NCBI GenBank assembly: GCA_049521795.1
Contig: JBEKOM010000001.1
Location: 480,001-544,000 of the forward strand
Direction: 5' to 3'
DNA: 64,000 bases
Origin: Candidatus Bathyarchaeia archaeon
Lineage (GTDB): Archaea > Thermoproteota > Bathyarchaeia > Bathyarchaeales > Bathycorpusculaceae
Part shown: positions 18,124-27,669 of the stretch, one piece after another
Layout: each line of letters begins with the position of its first letter
Numbering within the stretch: the stretch's first letter is position 1
Made by a program: the position numbers and the translations under genes
Notes under the pieces: generated by a model
Database searches by the model: none
What the model was told of the DNA's origin: nothing
Seen by the model: only the letters and a program-made list of their open reading frames with translations

Positions 18124-18402
18124 CCTGTTCACCCGACCTGAATTTTCTTCCGAGCGCCTTCTCTGCGATCTTTTCAACGTCGATGTTCAGTGAGAACAAA
18201 AAGAGAGGAATGCCGAGCAATGCTTCAACAGACCACAGGTTTGAACCCTTCGAAGCCTCTGTTAGTAGCTGAAATTAATAAAGCAACCGCCGACCTCCTT
18301 CTGGTCCCGTAATAACGCCACATGTATAGTAGCTCGCTGAGCATCACGTTTAAATCAAGGCGTGTCCTACCAGAATCTTCAAGTCTTTTGAGAGGCTCAC
18401 AG

Positions 18403-18933
18403 TTGACGCCTAAAAGAGAACCGATCTGGATAGCAAGAGAACTGTCCAGATGCAGCGGGTGCAGGAAATGTGAGATTGCATGCTCGCTTTTCCATGAAAA
18501 CCGCGTTTGGCCCGAGGCATCCATGATCAGGGTCTTCATGCTGGTTCCTGGGCTGGAGTTTCCGCATTTCTGCGCTCAGTGTGAGGATTATCCCTGTGTA
18601 GAATCGTGTCCAGTTGGCGCTCTCTCGGTGAGTAAGAAGACCGGTGCAGTTCTGGTGGACAATGAAAAGTGCACGACTTGTGGGCAGTGTATTGATGCTT
18701 GTCCGGGCAGGATTCCGCACATGCACCCGAGGGAGAAGCACATCATTATCTGTGACCTGTGCAACGGCAACCCGCAGTGCGTGAAGGTCTGTCGGGAAGG
18801 AAGCTGGAACGTGCTTAGGACAGTTGAAAGGAAGGATGAAACTGCTTACAAGCTCTATGCGCGGAAACCGGAGGAAGTGACGCGAGATTTGGCCGCCAAG
18901 ATCTACGGTGAGAAGGGGGATGAATACCTGTGA
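18403..18933 (+). CDS. 4Fe-4S dicluster protein (AOR small subunit)
   Basis: CSGCRKCEIAC, CAQC...CVESCP, CTTCGQCIDACP, CDLC...CVKVC. Confidence 0.9.
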   Translation: MTPKREPIWIARELSRCSGCRKCEIACSLFHENRVWPEASMIRVFMLVPGLEFPHFCAQCEDYPCVESCPVGALSVSKKTGAVLVDNEKCTTCGQCIDACPGRIPHMHPREKHIIICDLCNGNPQCVKVCREGSWNVLRTVERKDETAYKLYARKPEEVTRDLAAKIYGEKGDEYL

Positions 18934-20807
18934 TTCTGGGGTACGCTGGAAAGTTTCTTGACGTCGACCTTTCAACGCAGACTATCAAGGAAACAAGGTT
19001 CAGCGACGAGATTTTGCGAGATTATGTTGGTGGTAGAGGGTTAGCCTCGAAGATTCTGTGGGACAGGCTGGGCGATAGATGGGAAAGAGTAGACCCTTTG
19101 GGACCTGATAATCTATTGTTGCTCTTAACTGGGCCGCTGACCGGGTATTTTCCTGGAGGCAGAACGTGTGTGTCTGGCAAGTCTCCGCAGAGCAACGGGG
19201 TCATTGGCTCAACGCTTTCGGGCGAGTTTGGGGTTGAGTTGAGGTGTGCAGGTTTTGACGGCGTAATCGTCAGCGGTGAATCAGAGAAGCCAGTTTACCT
19301 GTTCGTCAAGGATTCAGACGTTGAGCTTCGAGACGCCAGCCACGTTTGGGGCAAAGATGGGAAGCAGACAGTCACCGTGCTGACTAAGGAAGGTAGGCAG
19401 CTCCTGAATGAGCGTTATCGCCGATTCGGCGAGTGGAAGGAGCCTGCGATGCTGTACGTCGGTCCAGCCGGCGAAAACAAGGTGCGAACCGCTGTTGTGA
19501 TGACGAAGTGGTCGCACGCTGCGGGTTACGGCGGTTACGGAGCGGTCATGGGCTCCAAGAAGCTCAAGGCAGTCGTTGTCAAGGGGACGGGTCCGCTGCC
19601 GGAGGCCGCTGACATCGGCAGAGTGAAGAAGCTGATCAGGAGCGTGTGCGACGATGTGTACGAGGGGGAGATGTGGAGGCGCTGGGGAACCGGCGGAGGA
19701 GGCTACTATTTCGGAGCGAAGACGAGTTCTGAGCCGGTGCGCAACTGGCAGGAGGAGTGGCATGATGAGAAGGGCTACGGCGTTGACAAGTTTGAGAACC
19801 GCTTCTGGATGAAGCAGTACTGGGGCGACTTCGGCTGCCCGACGACTTGCCTGAAGCTTGCTGTTATAAAGGATGGAAAGTACAAAGGAGCGATAACCGA
19901 CAACCCTGACTATGAGATGCAGGCCTACCTAGGACCGAACTTGGGCATCTTCGTGCCTGAGGAGAACGTGTTTCTCTCGTCGCTCGTTGACGATTTGGGC
20001 CTTTGCGGCATACAGACGGGCAACGTGATGGGCTTTGCGGCTGAGCTGTATCAGAGAGGAATACTGAAGAAAGAGGACTTGGACGGTTTAGAGCTCAAAT
20101 GGGGCAACGCGGAAGCCTTCGCGGCTCTGGCCAAGAAGATCGCTTTCCGAAAGGGCATAGGTGACGTGCTGGCCGAAGGAACGTACCGCGCAGCGTTGAA
20201 GCTCGGGAAGATGAAGAAGAAGAACCTGTTGCCCTACGCTGTGCAGTCCAAGGGCGTAAGCATCGGCGCACACGGAATCCGCAGTGGGAAAGACTTTCCT
20301 GAAATCATCTCCTACGCCTGCGGAGTCCAATGCGGAGACCACACATCGCTAACGGGACTGCCGCTAGAGAGGAACAGCGAGCTGATGGAGACTTTCAACG
20401 ATTCAGGAGTCTTCTGCAGCTTCAACAGCTTCGCAGGGCCGACGAGAGTTCGCTTCGACTTCTACTCTGCGGTCACAGGTGTAAAATTGACGAAAAAAGA
20501 GTGGTGCACGAACAAAGCTTTGAAGACACTGCAGCTTCAGAGGACGCTGCTGCTGCTAGGCGGACCCGACGCAACGTGGAACCCAAAGGAGGATGATGAC
20601 AACCCTCCGAGGTTCTACGAGCCCTTACCATCAGGACCCAAGAAGGGGAAGACAGCAGACAGGGCTGCAGTCGAAGAGTACAAACAAAGATACTACACAG
20701 CGGTCGGCTGGGACGAGAACGGTATACCAACATCGGAGATTCTCACAAAACTCGGCCTGAAAGACGTTGACAAAGCGTTGAAAAAGCGAATTCGCTCTGT
20801 AATATGA
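18930..20807 (+). CDS. Tungsten aldehyde:ferredoxin oxidoreductase family
   Basis: YVGGRGLA, TGPLTG, GPAGEN, GAVMGSKKLKA, DDLGL, YY..VGWDENGIP. Confidence 0.92.
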   Translation: MILGYAGKFLDVDLSTQTIKETRFSDEILRDYVGGRGLASKILWDRLGDRWERVDPLGPDNLLLLLTGPLTGYFPGGRTCVSGKSPQSNGVIGSTLSGEFGVELRCAGFDGVIVSGESEKPVYLFVKDSDVELRDASHVWGKDGKQTVTVLTKEGRQLLNERYRRFGEWKEPAMLYVGPAGENKVRTAVVMTKWSHAAGYGGYGAVMGSKKLKAVVVKGTGPLPEAADIGRVKKLIRSVCDDVYEGEMWRRWGTGGGGYYFGAKTSSEPVRNWQEEWHDEKGYGVDKFENRFWMKQYWGDFGCPTTCLKLAVIKDGKYKGAITDNPDYEMQAYLGPNLGIFVPEENVFLSSLVDDLGLCGIQTGNVMGFAAELYQRGILKKEDLDGLELKWGNAEAFAALAKKIAFRKGIGDVLAEGTYRAALKLGKMKKKNLLPYAVQSKGVSIGAHGIRSGKDFPEIISYACGVQCGDHTSLTGLPLERNSELMETFNDSGVFCSFNSFAGPTRVRFDFYSAVTGVKLTKKEWCTNKALKTLQLQRTLLLLGGPDATWNPKEDDDNPPRFYEPLPSGPKKGKTADRAAVEEYKQRYYTAVGWDENGIPTSEILTKLGLKDVDKALKKRIRSVI

Positions 20808-20989
20808 GAAATCCCCCAGAGAACGCGTCGACAGCCCCTGCTCAGAAAAAACCGAGGGGGAGAGGGCTAAGCGCGTTAGACCGGTGAAAAAGCGAAACCG
20901 GGAAATGTTAACTCCTTCAGTTGCACCTCTGCCCACCGTCATGCTGACTCTTCTAAGAAGAACGTGTTGTTACGTATTCTTGAAGGCTC

Positions 20990-22066
20990 TCAGCGTTGTC
21001 TCTTCCCTTGGATGAATTCCTCAACAGCCTGCTTGGCCATCGCGTCCGGAACTTGGATCGGCGGGTGCTTAAAGGCGTAAGAAGATATGCTCAATAGTGC
21101 TCCTCCGATTTTGCGGTCCAATGCGATTTTGACTGCTCGTATTATGTCGATCACGACTCCGGCGCTGTTCGGTGAGTCTTCAACTTCAAGCTTCACCGAC
21201 ATTGTTAAGGGTCTGTCGCCGAATTTTCTTCCCTTCAGCCACAAATAGCAGATCTTCTTGTTTCCCAGGAACGGCACGTAATCTGAGGGTCCTATGCGGG
21301 TGGGCAAGTCGTACGGAACCATGCTCGTCACGGCTTCGGTCTTGCTGATCCGCTTAGTCTTCAACCGTTCCTCGACCGTCATGTTCAGAAAGTCGGTGTC
21401 TCCGCCGAGGTTCAGCTGATAAGTCTCATCGATGATCACGCCCCTGTCCACGCACAGTTTAGCGATATTTCTGTGCAGGATGGTGGCTCCTAACTGGCTC
21501 TTGATGTCGTCTCCAGCGATTGGAAGTCCTCTTTCCTCAAACTTTTTGCTCCATGACCCGTCCGAGGCGATGAACTCGGGCATGCAGTTGATGAAGGCGC
21601 AACCAGCGTCCAAGGCTGATTGAGCGTAGAATCGAGCGGCTTTGTGGCTTCCCACAGGCAGATAGTTCACGAGTATCTGCGCCTTGGACTCCTTCAAAAC
21701 GTCGACGACGTGTTCGGGGCCAACTTCGTTCTTGTAGACGTTGAACACCTTCTTCATGTGTTCAGCCGCTCCGTCGAGAACTGGGCCTCCCGTAACTTTG
21801 ACGTCTAAGGTGGGCACGTCTGCAAATTTCTCGCAGCAGTTCGGCGCGGTAAAAATGGCTTCAGACAAGTCTTTTCCGATCTTGTCCTTGTTCACCTCAA
21901 AGGCTGCGACGAACTTCACATCCCTTATGTGGTACGGGCCAAAACTGACGTGCATCAAGCCTGGCACGTTCGTGTTTTCCTTTGCGTTCTTGTAATACTG
22001 AACTCCTTGAATGAGAGCCGAGGCAGAATTGCCCACACCGACCAGCGCGACACGAATTTCTGGCAA
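20990..22066 (-). CDS. ino1: myo-inositol-1-phosphate synthase
   Basis: VGVGNSAS, GDDIKSQLGAT, YQLNLGGDTDF, DSPNSAG. Confidence 0.95.
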   Translation of the reverse strand: MPEIRVALVGVGNSASALIQGVQYYKNAKENTNVPGLMHVSFGPYHIRDVKFVAAFEVNKDKIGKDLSEAIFTAPNCCEKFADVPTLDVKVTGGPVLDGAAEHMKKVFNVYKNEVGPEHVVDVLKESKAQILVNYLPVGSHKAARFYAQSALDAGCAFINCMPEFIASDGSWSKKFEERGLPIAGDDIKSQLGATILHRNIAKLCVDRGVIIDETYQLNLGGDTDFLNMTVEERLKTKRISKTEAVTSMVPYDLPTRIGPSDYVPFLGNKKICYLWLKGRKFGDRPLTMSVKLEVEDSPNSAGVVIDIIRAVKIALDRKIGGALLSISSYAFKHPPIQVPDAMAKQAVEEFIQGKRQR

Positions 22067-22198
22067 GCTACGTTTTCTCCTTCAACACTCTCTTCGGTTT
22101 AAGGCTTTAACAGACGTCTGATGTATAACTTTTTCTGGAAAGACAAAATTAAAATGGAACTTAAACCAGTTAGACAACACGAGAGAACGGTGAACGTT

Positions 22199-22567
22199 AT
22201 GAGTGAAGGCGAAGTTTCAGTGAAATACGAGCCTTTCAAGGAAATCGTGATCATGGAGAAGGATTTCTTCGCGAACGCTGATGAGATAGCGAGGTTTGCG
22301 TCTATAATCGCCGGCGGCAAAGCTGCGGGCCTGTACTGGGCTGAAGGCGTGGTTTTTCTGTACTTTCCCTTGCCAGCATCAACAGAGGTCACTGCGAAAA
22401 TGCTGGTTGAAAAGGGACGCGTCTACTGGACTTTCCTCGGCTATTCCTTTATGCCTAAGTACCAGGCGGTGATCGAGACGCGAGAAAAAATGATCGTGCC
22501 CGTTGTCGATATGACGTCTAACGCGTTGATCAAGAAAGTTGCAGTTTGGCTGAAGGAGCAAAAATAA
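22199..22567 (+). CDS. Conserved archaeal hypothetical protein
   Basis: KYEPFKEIVI...LYWAEGVVF...IVPVVD. Confidence 0.7.
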   Translation: MSEGEVSVKYEPFKEIVIMEKDFFANADEIARFASIIAGGKAAGLYWAEGVVFLYFPLPASTEVTAKMLVEKGRVYWTFLGYSFMPKYQAVIETREKMIVPVVDMTSNALIKKVAVWLKEQK

Positions 22568-22629
22568 TCGCTTTTTTGTCCCCGGGTTTTTCTTTCAACA
22601 TGTAAACCTGTTGCAGGAGTCTTGGTTGC

Positions 22630-23016
22630 TTGAAGACGCTGTGTCTGAAAGGAAGGGTCTTCTCGGGCATAGGTGAAGGAGCAGAATTCCTTAACCTTTC
22701 CTGGGCTAGAAAACAGATAGAAGAAAAGTTGGGTTTCACGCCTTATTCTGGAACACTGAACGTACGGCTTGATGAGAAGAGCATCAAAACGAAGAGAGCC
22801 TTGACGAAAGCGACAGGGGTGGAAATCTTGCCTGCTTCTGGCTATTGCCGTGCAAGAATCTTCAAGGCAAGCATGATGAAGGTGAAGTGTGCAGCTCTTA
22901 TCCTGGAAGTTCCCGGTTACCCAGAAGATATCATTGAATTGATTTCATCAACAAACCTGAGAGAAAAGCTTCATCTTGCCGATGGCAGCCCGGTTGACGT
23001 TAAAGTCACGTTTTGA
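22630..23016 (+). CDS. ribK: CTP-dependent riboflavin kinase
   Basis: GRVFSGIGEG, LGFTPYSGTLNV, IELISSTNLREKL.L.DG. Confidence 0.9.
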   Translation: MKTLCLKGRVFSGIGEGAEFLNLSWARKQIEEKLGFTPYSGTLNVRLDEKSIKTKRALTKATGVEILPASGYCRARIFKASMMKVKCAALILEVPGYPEDIIELISSTNLREKLHLADGSPVDVKVTF

Positions 23017-24526
23017 CCTGTTTCCTTCGTTTCTTCTCACAGAAGTTCTTGATGTACTCTTCAAGGTAGCCCTTCTTCTGCAGGTAGAGTCCGTACCTTA
23101 CAAGACTGTTCATCGCTCTTGCAGCGTCTTCCGGCGATGAATAAGCAGGAACACCTAACCCGTCAAACCTTAGGCGTATGCTCAGGGCCATTTCTGTCTC
23201 GCCGATGTCGCACGCAACCATCGGCTTTTCATAGTTGCCTGCGACCTTGGCGACCATATCGATGTAGTCTTCTCTCAGAGCGGGAGTCTGATGCAGGCCC
23301 ATCATTATTACGCCATGGATATCTGGGTCTTGGAAGACGATGTCTGTTGCAAGCTCAAACATTTCCGACGTGCCTGAACCCGTCACGTCCACGGGGTTGA
23401 GGTTTGTCGCAAACTTCGGAAGCTTGCCTTCAATCTTCAACTTCTCAAACTTTGCAACCGTTTCTTCTGAGAAGCGTTTGACGTTCAACCCCACTGCTCC
23501 GCACTCGTCAACCGCCATTATACCCGGTCCTCCTGCATCCGTGATCACCGCAACGTTTTCCCCTTTAGCAGGCATCTGCATCGACAACGCCTTTCCAGCG
23601 TGGAAGAACTCATCCATATCCCTTGCCCTGAGAACGCCCGTCTGCTGGAAGGCAGCATCATAGATTCTGTCCGACCCGGCTATGGCGCCAGTGTGCGACG
23701 CTGCAGCTCGTGCACCAGCCTCTGTTCTTCCAGATTTTATGGCAACGACAGGCTTTTTCCTAGTTATTTCTTCCGCTGCTTCAAGAAACCTTCTGCCATG
23801 TTTTATGTCCTCAACGTATAGCAGTACCACGGTTGTTTCTTTGTCGTGGCACAGGTAGCGAAGCATCTCCGCCTCGTCCACGTCGATCTTGTTGCCGAAA
23901 CTCACGAATTTGCTGGCTCCCGTGTGTAAACCCGCCAAATAGTCAAGAGCCGCTGCGCCGAAAGCGCCGCTCTGACTGACGATCGCTATGTTGCCCGGCA
24001 AGGGGCGCGGTGTCGCAACGACCTCGTCTCCGGTTATAAGAACCTTTGTTTCTGGCAGGAAAAGCATGTCGACTCCTGTTCTGGAATCGTACACACCGAG
24101 ACAGTTGGGTCCGAGAACCCGAATTCCAGCCTTCTTAGCTATGGCTGCAACTTCACTCTCGAGCTCACGGTTTCCCACCTCGGCGAAACCAGCGCTGATT
24201 ATGACGGCTGCTTTGACCTTCTTTTCAGCCGCTTCCCTCATGACCTGGGGCACAGCGCTTGCTGGGACAACGATGACGACCAGCTCAAGGTCTCCTGAGA
24301 TCTTGCTCAAGTTCGGGAAACACTTGATGCCCAGTATCGATTTTTCGTTTGGGTTAACCGCGTACAATTCGCCCTTGAAAACCTGTCTGGTCTTGTTCTC
24401 AACGAAATTCTTGAATATGATCTGTCCAGCTTTTTCTATTTTCTTCGTAGCTCCCACGATTGCGACGGAGCGGGGGTCAAAAAAAGCTTTCAGCGCTTTC
24501 GTTTCATCTTCCATCGACGTTTTCAC
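23006..24526 (-). CDS. acdA: Acetate/acyl-CoA ligase (ADP-forming) alpha subunit
   Basis: FDPRSVAIVGAT, LGPNCLG, SQSGA, AAASHTG, NPVD. Confidence 0.9.
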   Translation of the reverse strand: MKTSMEDETKALKAFFDPRSVAIVGATKKIEKAGQIIFKNFVENKTRQVFKGELYAVNPNEKSILGIKCFPNLSKISGDLELVVIVVPASAVPQVMREAAEKKVKAAVIISAGFAEVGNRELESEVAAIAKKAGIRVLGPNCLGVYDSRTGVDMLFLPETKVLITGDEVVATPRPLPGNIAIVSQSGAFGAAALDYLAGLHTGASKFVSFGNKIDVDEAEMLRYLCHDKETTVVLLYVEDIKHGRRFLEAAEEITRKKPVVAIKSGRTEAGARAAASHTGAIAGSDRIYDAAFQQTGVLRARDMDEFFHAGKALSMQMPAKGENVAVITDAGGPGIMAVDECGAVGLNVKRFSEETVAKFEKLKIEGKLPKFATNLNPVDVTGSGTSEMFELATDIVFQDPDIHGVIMMGLHQTPALREDYIDMVAKVAGNYEKPMVACDIGETEMALSIRLRFDGLGVPAYSSPEDAARAMNSLVRYGLYLQKKGYLEEYIKNFCEKKRRKQVKT

Positions 24527-24535
24527 CCTCGCTTC

Positions 24536-25378
24536 CTAGCGCTTGCTTCTAACAATAACTATGGGTTTATGCTTTACTGTCTGAAGCATTTCCCAGCTCA
24601 CATCAGTCAAGGCCACTTTGAAGTTTCTTGCCATATCCCACACGGTTCGTCCAGCGCCGAAGCCTCTCGAACGATTTGCCAATTCGGCAATTTCCAAAGC
24701 TTCTTCGACCCTCAGCTTTCGCCCAGAAACGGCCAAAGGCGTTGCTCTCTTCTTGAGCTTGAAGAACCGGCCAGCAACGTACGCTGCGAACCCTCCGAAA
24801 CAGTGTATGCCCTCAATCGGCCTTGGGCGCGGCGTAAAATGGAAACACTTCAAAGAATACGTTTTGTCAGTGTCAACGATCATGACACCCACTTTTTTCT
24901 GCAGTCCGAGCCATACTCGCTCGCGTATCGTCTCAGCTATTATGTTAGCATCATTCAAGGGCAGACTGACATAAGCGTACGGCAAGTTACTGCCATCAAT
25001 ACCGCCTTCAGACCCGAACATAAGAGTCTGCAGCAAACCTGCGTGTTGAAGCGCAACCTGCTTGTGACGGCTCCCCATCTCCGCTGGATATTCTCGGATA
25101 TGCTCAAGCAATGTTCTTCTAAGATGGCACATCGGTCCTAGAAAGTAGCCCCAGACCGTGCGCATCCAAAATGCGGCGATAAACCTTGCACCTAGGCCTG
25201 GTTCCACTTGGTTTTCGTCCACTATGTTGTTCCGAGCTGTTGAGATTGCCTTCTCTGAGACGACGATGAAGTCGTCATCAGCAATCCTTCCTCTAACGGA
25301 CCTGAGTATCTCTTCCAAGTAGTCTTGCCTAGGTTTCCAATACTTTGTGACAACTGGTAGAACCCTGTACCCGGTCAT
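24536..25378 (-). CDS. CofE-like (F420:glutamate ligase family) protein
   Basis: VVSEKAIS, GGIDGSN, VMIVDTD, P.VIVR. Confidence 0.75.
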   Translation of the reverse strand: MTGYRVLPVVTKYWKPRQDYLEEILRSVRGRIADDDFIVVSEKAISTARNNIVDENQVEPGLGARFIAAFWMRTVWGYFLGPMCHLRRTLLEHIREYPAEMGSRHKQVALQHAGLLQTLMFGSEGGIDGSNLPYAYVSLPLNDANIIAETIRERVWLGLQKKVGVMIVDTDKTYSLKCFHFTPRPRPIEGIHCFGGFAAYVAGRFFKLKKRATPLAVSGRKLRVEEALEIAELANRSRGFGAGRTVWDMARNFKVALTDVSWEMLQTVKHKPIVIVRSKR

Positions 25379-25416
25379 TCGTATCGCGTCTGTGTTCAGA
25401 ACCGGAACTTGTCCAC

Positions 25417-26115
25417 TTACAAACGGCTGAACTTCTCTCTTATTTCCGAGACGTTGCACTCTGCCGGCTTCATCTTCCCTTCGGTGCAGTAGCCCAGCTC
25501 AACGCAGGTCGGCCCGCAGTTTTCGAACAATGCAGGTGCAGCTTTTTTTGCCTGTTTCAGCATTTCAACGGCGACTTTTCTTATCTCCCACTGTGCGCGA
25601 GCGCAGCATCTTAGGTTGAAGAAGTGACGCAGTTCTCTGGCGTTCATCGTCACGATAATGTTGGTTTTGGCAGCGTTGGGGAGAATGAACCTTGCGTCTT
25701 CCTTCGGAATTTCCATCTTCAAGAGCTTGCGGTATGCTTCAGAAATGTTCTCCAACGCGGCATCGAAGGTTTTCTTTGCTTGTGGGCTGCACGCGATGCT
25801 GGGAGGCGTCACATACTTTTCCAACGTGTCATAGGCCACGTAGCGCTGGCTCTGTTGCGTGTACGAGGCTATGCGGTGTCTGACCAGCTGATGTGTCATG
25901 CCCCTTGAAACGTCCTCGACACTGAACGTGAAGGATGCGTGTTCGATGACTGAAGCGTGTCCGTAGCCTGTTACTTTCCTGATTTTCTTTTTAGCCGTTT
26001 CAGAATCCATTTTTTCAAGTATCTCTGAGGGTTTTTCACTCTTTATCGTCGTTAGCGCTGCGGTTCCGCACAGCAGCTCCGCATCTGCTGTGCAACGGAG
26101 GAGCTTGACCTTCAA
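25417..26115 (-). CDS. thyX: FAD-dependent thymidylate synthase
   Basis: GHASVIEH, HQLVRHRIASYTQQSQRY, EDAR..LP, LR...AQWEIR. Confidence 0.95.
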   Translation of the reverse strand: MKVKLLRCTADAELLCGTAALTTIKSEKPSEILEKMDSETAKKKIRKVTGYGHASVIEHASFTFSVEDVSRGMTHQLVRHRIASYTQQSQRYVAYDTLEKYVTPPSIACSPQAKKTFDAALENISEAYRKLLKMEIPKEDARFILPNAAKTNIIVTMNARELRHFFNLRCCARAQWEIRKVAVEMLKQAKKAAPALFENCGPTCVELGYCTEGKMKPAECNVSEIREKFSRL

Positions 26116-26326
26116 CTCTCAACTCACCTTCAAAGTCTGATGTGAAAGTGATAGATAATTGAGGAAACCCGTATAAATCATCTACCCGAGGACAAGCTAC
26201 GGCATCAAGGGAAGCAGAAGGTATGTAAGAGCCGAGCAAGAAGTGAAAAACTCTGAAAGCCTTGTGATCACGAGGTGAGCTTATCTGTTTCTGATGAGGA
26301 GCTGAATGGAAGTGATTCTTTTCTTG

Positions 26327-27388
26327 CTAAACGTGAGTGTAAACGCGGTCAGTCGTGTATTTTCCGCTTTGCATCTCTTCGTCTATTTCGCGTAGCAGCA
26401 TTATCCGCTTGAAGGTTGGCGGGTGTGTTGAGAACCAGCTGTTTATTGTCCTCCAAGTGGATTTCGCTTCTTTTTCCATTGCAAGTTCCAATTCTTTTTC
26501 GTCCAAGACTCCGTCATGGTCCAGGTCGTACTCTTCTTTCTTGTCCGATATCTCCTGCATCTCTTGTTTGGCCAGTGAGGGGTCACTTATGTAGAAGGCT
26601 CTTACGCCGGACGGTGCTTTTGGTGAAAGTGAGAGTCCGTACGTGATCTTCGTAAGGGCGCTTTCAAGGTTTCTGGGTGCCTTCGTCACGTAGGCTGAGT
26701 AGGCGTCTGCGTAGTGTTCTCGCAGTCTGCTGAGTCTCATTACGCAGAGCAGTGAGACTATGTAGACGACGTAGGAAAGGATTCCGACTACGATCAAAGC
26801 TGCTCCCACGTCGCCTTCGTTTTTTTGTCTTGACCTGCCTGATAATAACGCTGCTTCTGTTGTTCCTCTTGCGATGAGATACGCAACTAGTGGCAGTGCT
26901 GAAAGCACCGTCATGACGATGTAGTCCTTGTGTTTCAAGTGCCCCAGTTCGTGTCCGATCACGCCTTTAACCTCGTCTTCGTTCAGGTCTTTTAGAAGTC
27001 CTTCGTGGAAGGCGAGGGTTGCGCTGTTCGATGTTCTTCCGAACACAAACGCGTTGGGCGTTTTGTCGGGCACCACGGCGAGTTTCGGCATCGGTATTTT
27101 ACTCTCGTCTGCCAGTTCCTTTACTGTAGATTCAAGCCAAGGGTTTTCACCAGGCTTCAAGTACTGCAAGTGGGTTGACATTCTGACAAGAGCTGGTCCG
27201 ATAAGGTACTGAAACAGGATGAAAACGATTGGAAGAGCCAAAATGAGGACTATCCAAATGGATAGACTTATGTCCACGACGAACAATTGGACGATAAAAA
27301 TTATTACTGCTAGGAACGTGGCGAAAATGAGGGCCACCAAAAAAATGCTTGTTCCCATTGCAAGCTTCAGTTGACCAAGTCCGGCCAA
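26327..27388 (-). CDS. htpX: HtpX/M48 zinc metalloprotease with an EF-hand-like insert
   Basis: PNAFVFG, HELGH, SRLREHYAD, FSTHPP; DLDHDGVLDEKE loop. Confidence 0.88.
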   Translation of the reverse strand: MAGLGQLKLAMGTSIFLVALIFATFLAVIIFIVQLFVVDISLSIWIVLILALPIVFILFQYLIGPALVRMSTHLQYLKPGENPWLESTVKELADESKIPMPKLAVVPDKTPNAFVFGRTSNSATLAFHEGLLKDLNEDEVKGVIGHELGHLKHKDYIVMTVLSALPLVAYLIARGTTEAALLSGRSRQKNEGDVGAALIVVGILSYVVYIVSLLCVMRLSRLREHYADAYSAYVTKAPRNLESALTKITYGLSLSPKAPSGVRAFYISDPSLAKQEMQEISDKKEEYDLDHDGVLDEKELELAMEKEAKSTWRTINSWFSTHPPTFKRIMLLREIDEEMQSGKYTTDRVYTHV

Positions 27389-27669
27389 TATTCTTCCTCT
27401 GTTTCTTTATCACAGAAAACCGTCAGAGACTTAAAGTTTTCTAACGAGGCGAAAGAGAAAGACTAAGGTTTACGATTCATGTGCAACCTAGCGCGCTAGT
27501 GTTTCCGTTTCATCGCTTGTTTTTCATTCAGAAGAGTTGCAGCAAAGTATCAGATGAGTCGCCAATCGTCTTTCTTTCAATTATTGATTCTGTATTCACA
27601 ACTCTCTTATGCAGCGTGTTTCCTAAGAAACGTGTTCGATATTCCGTGCGTACGCGGATAGGGGAGTCG

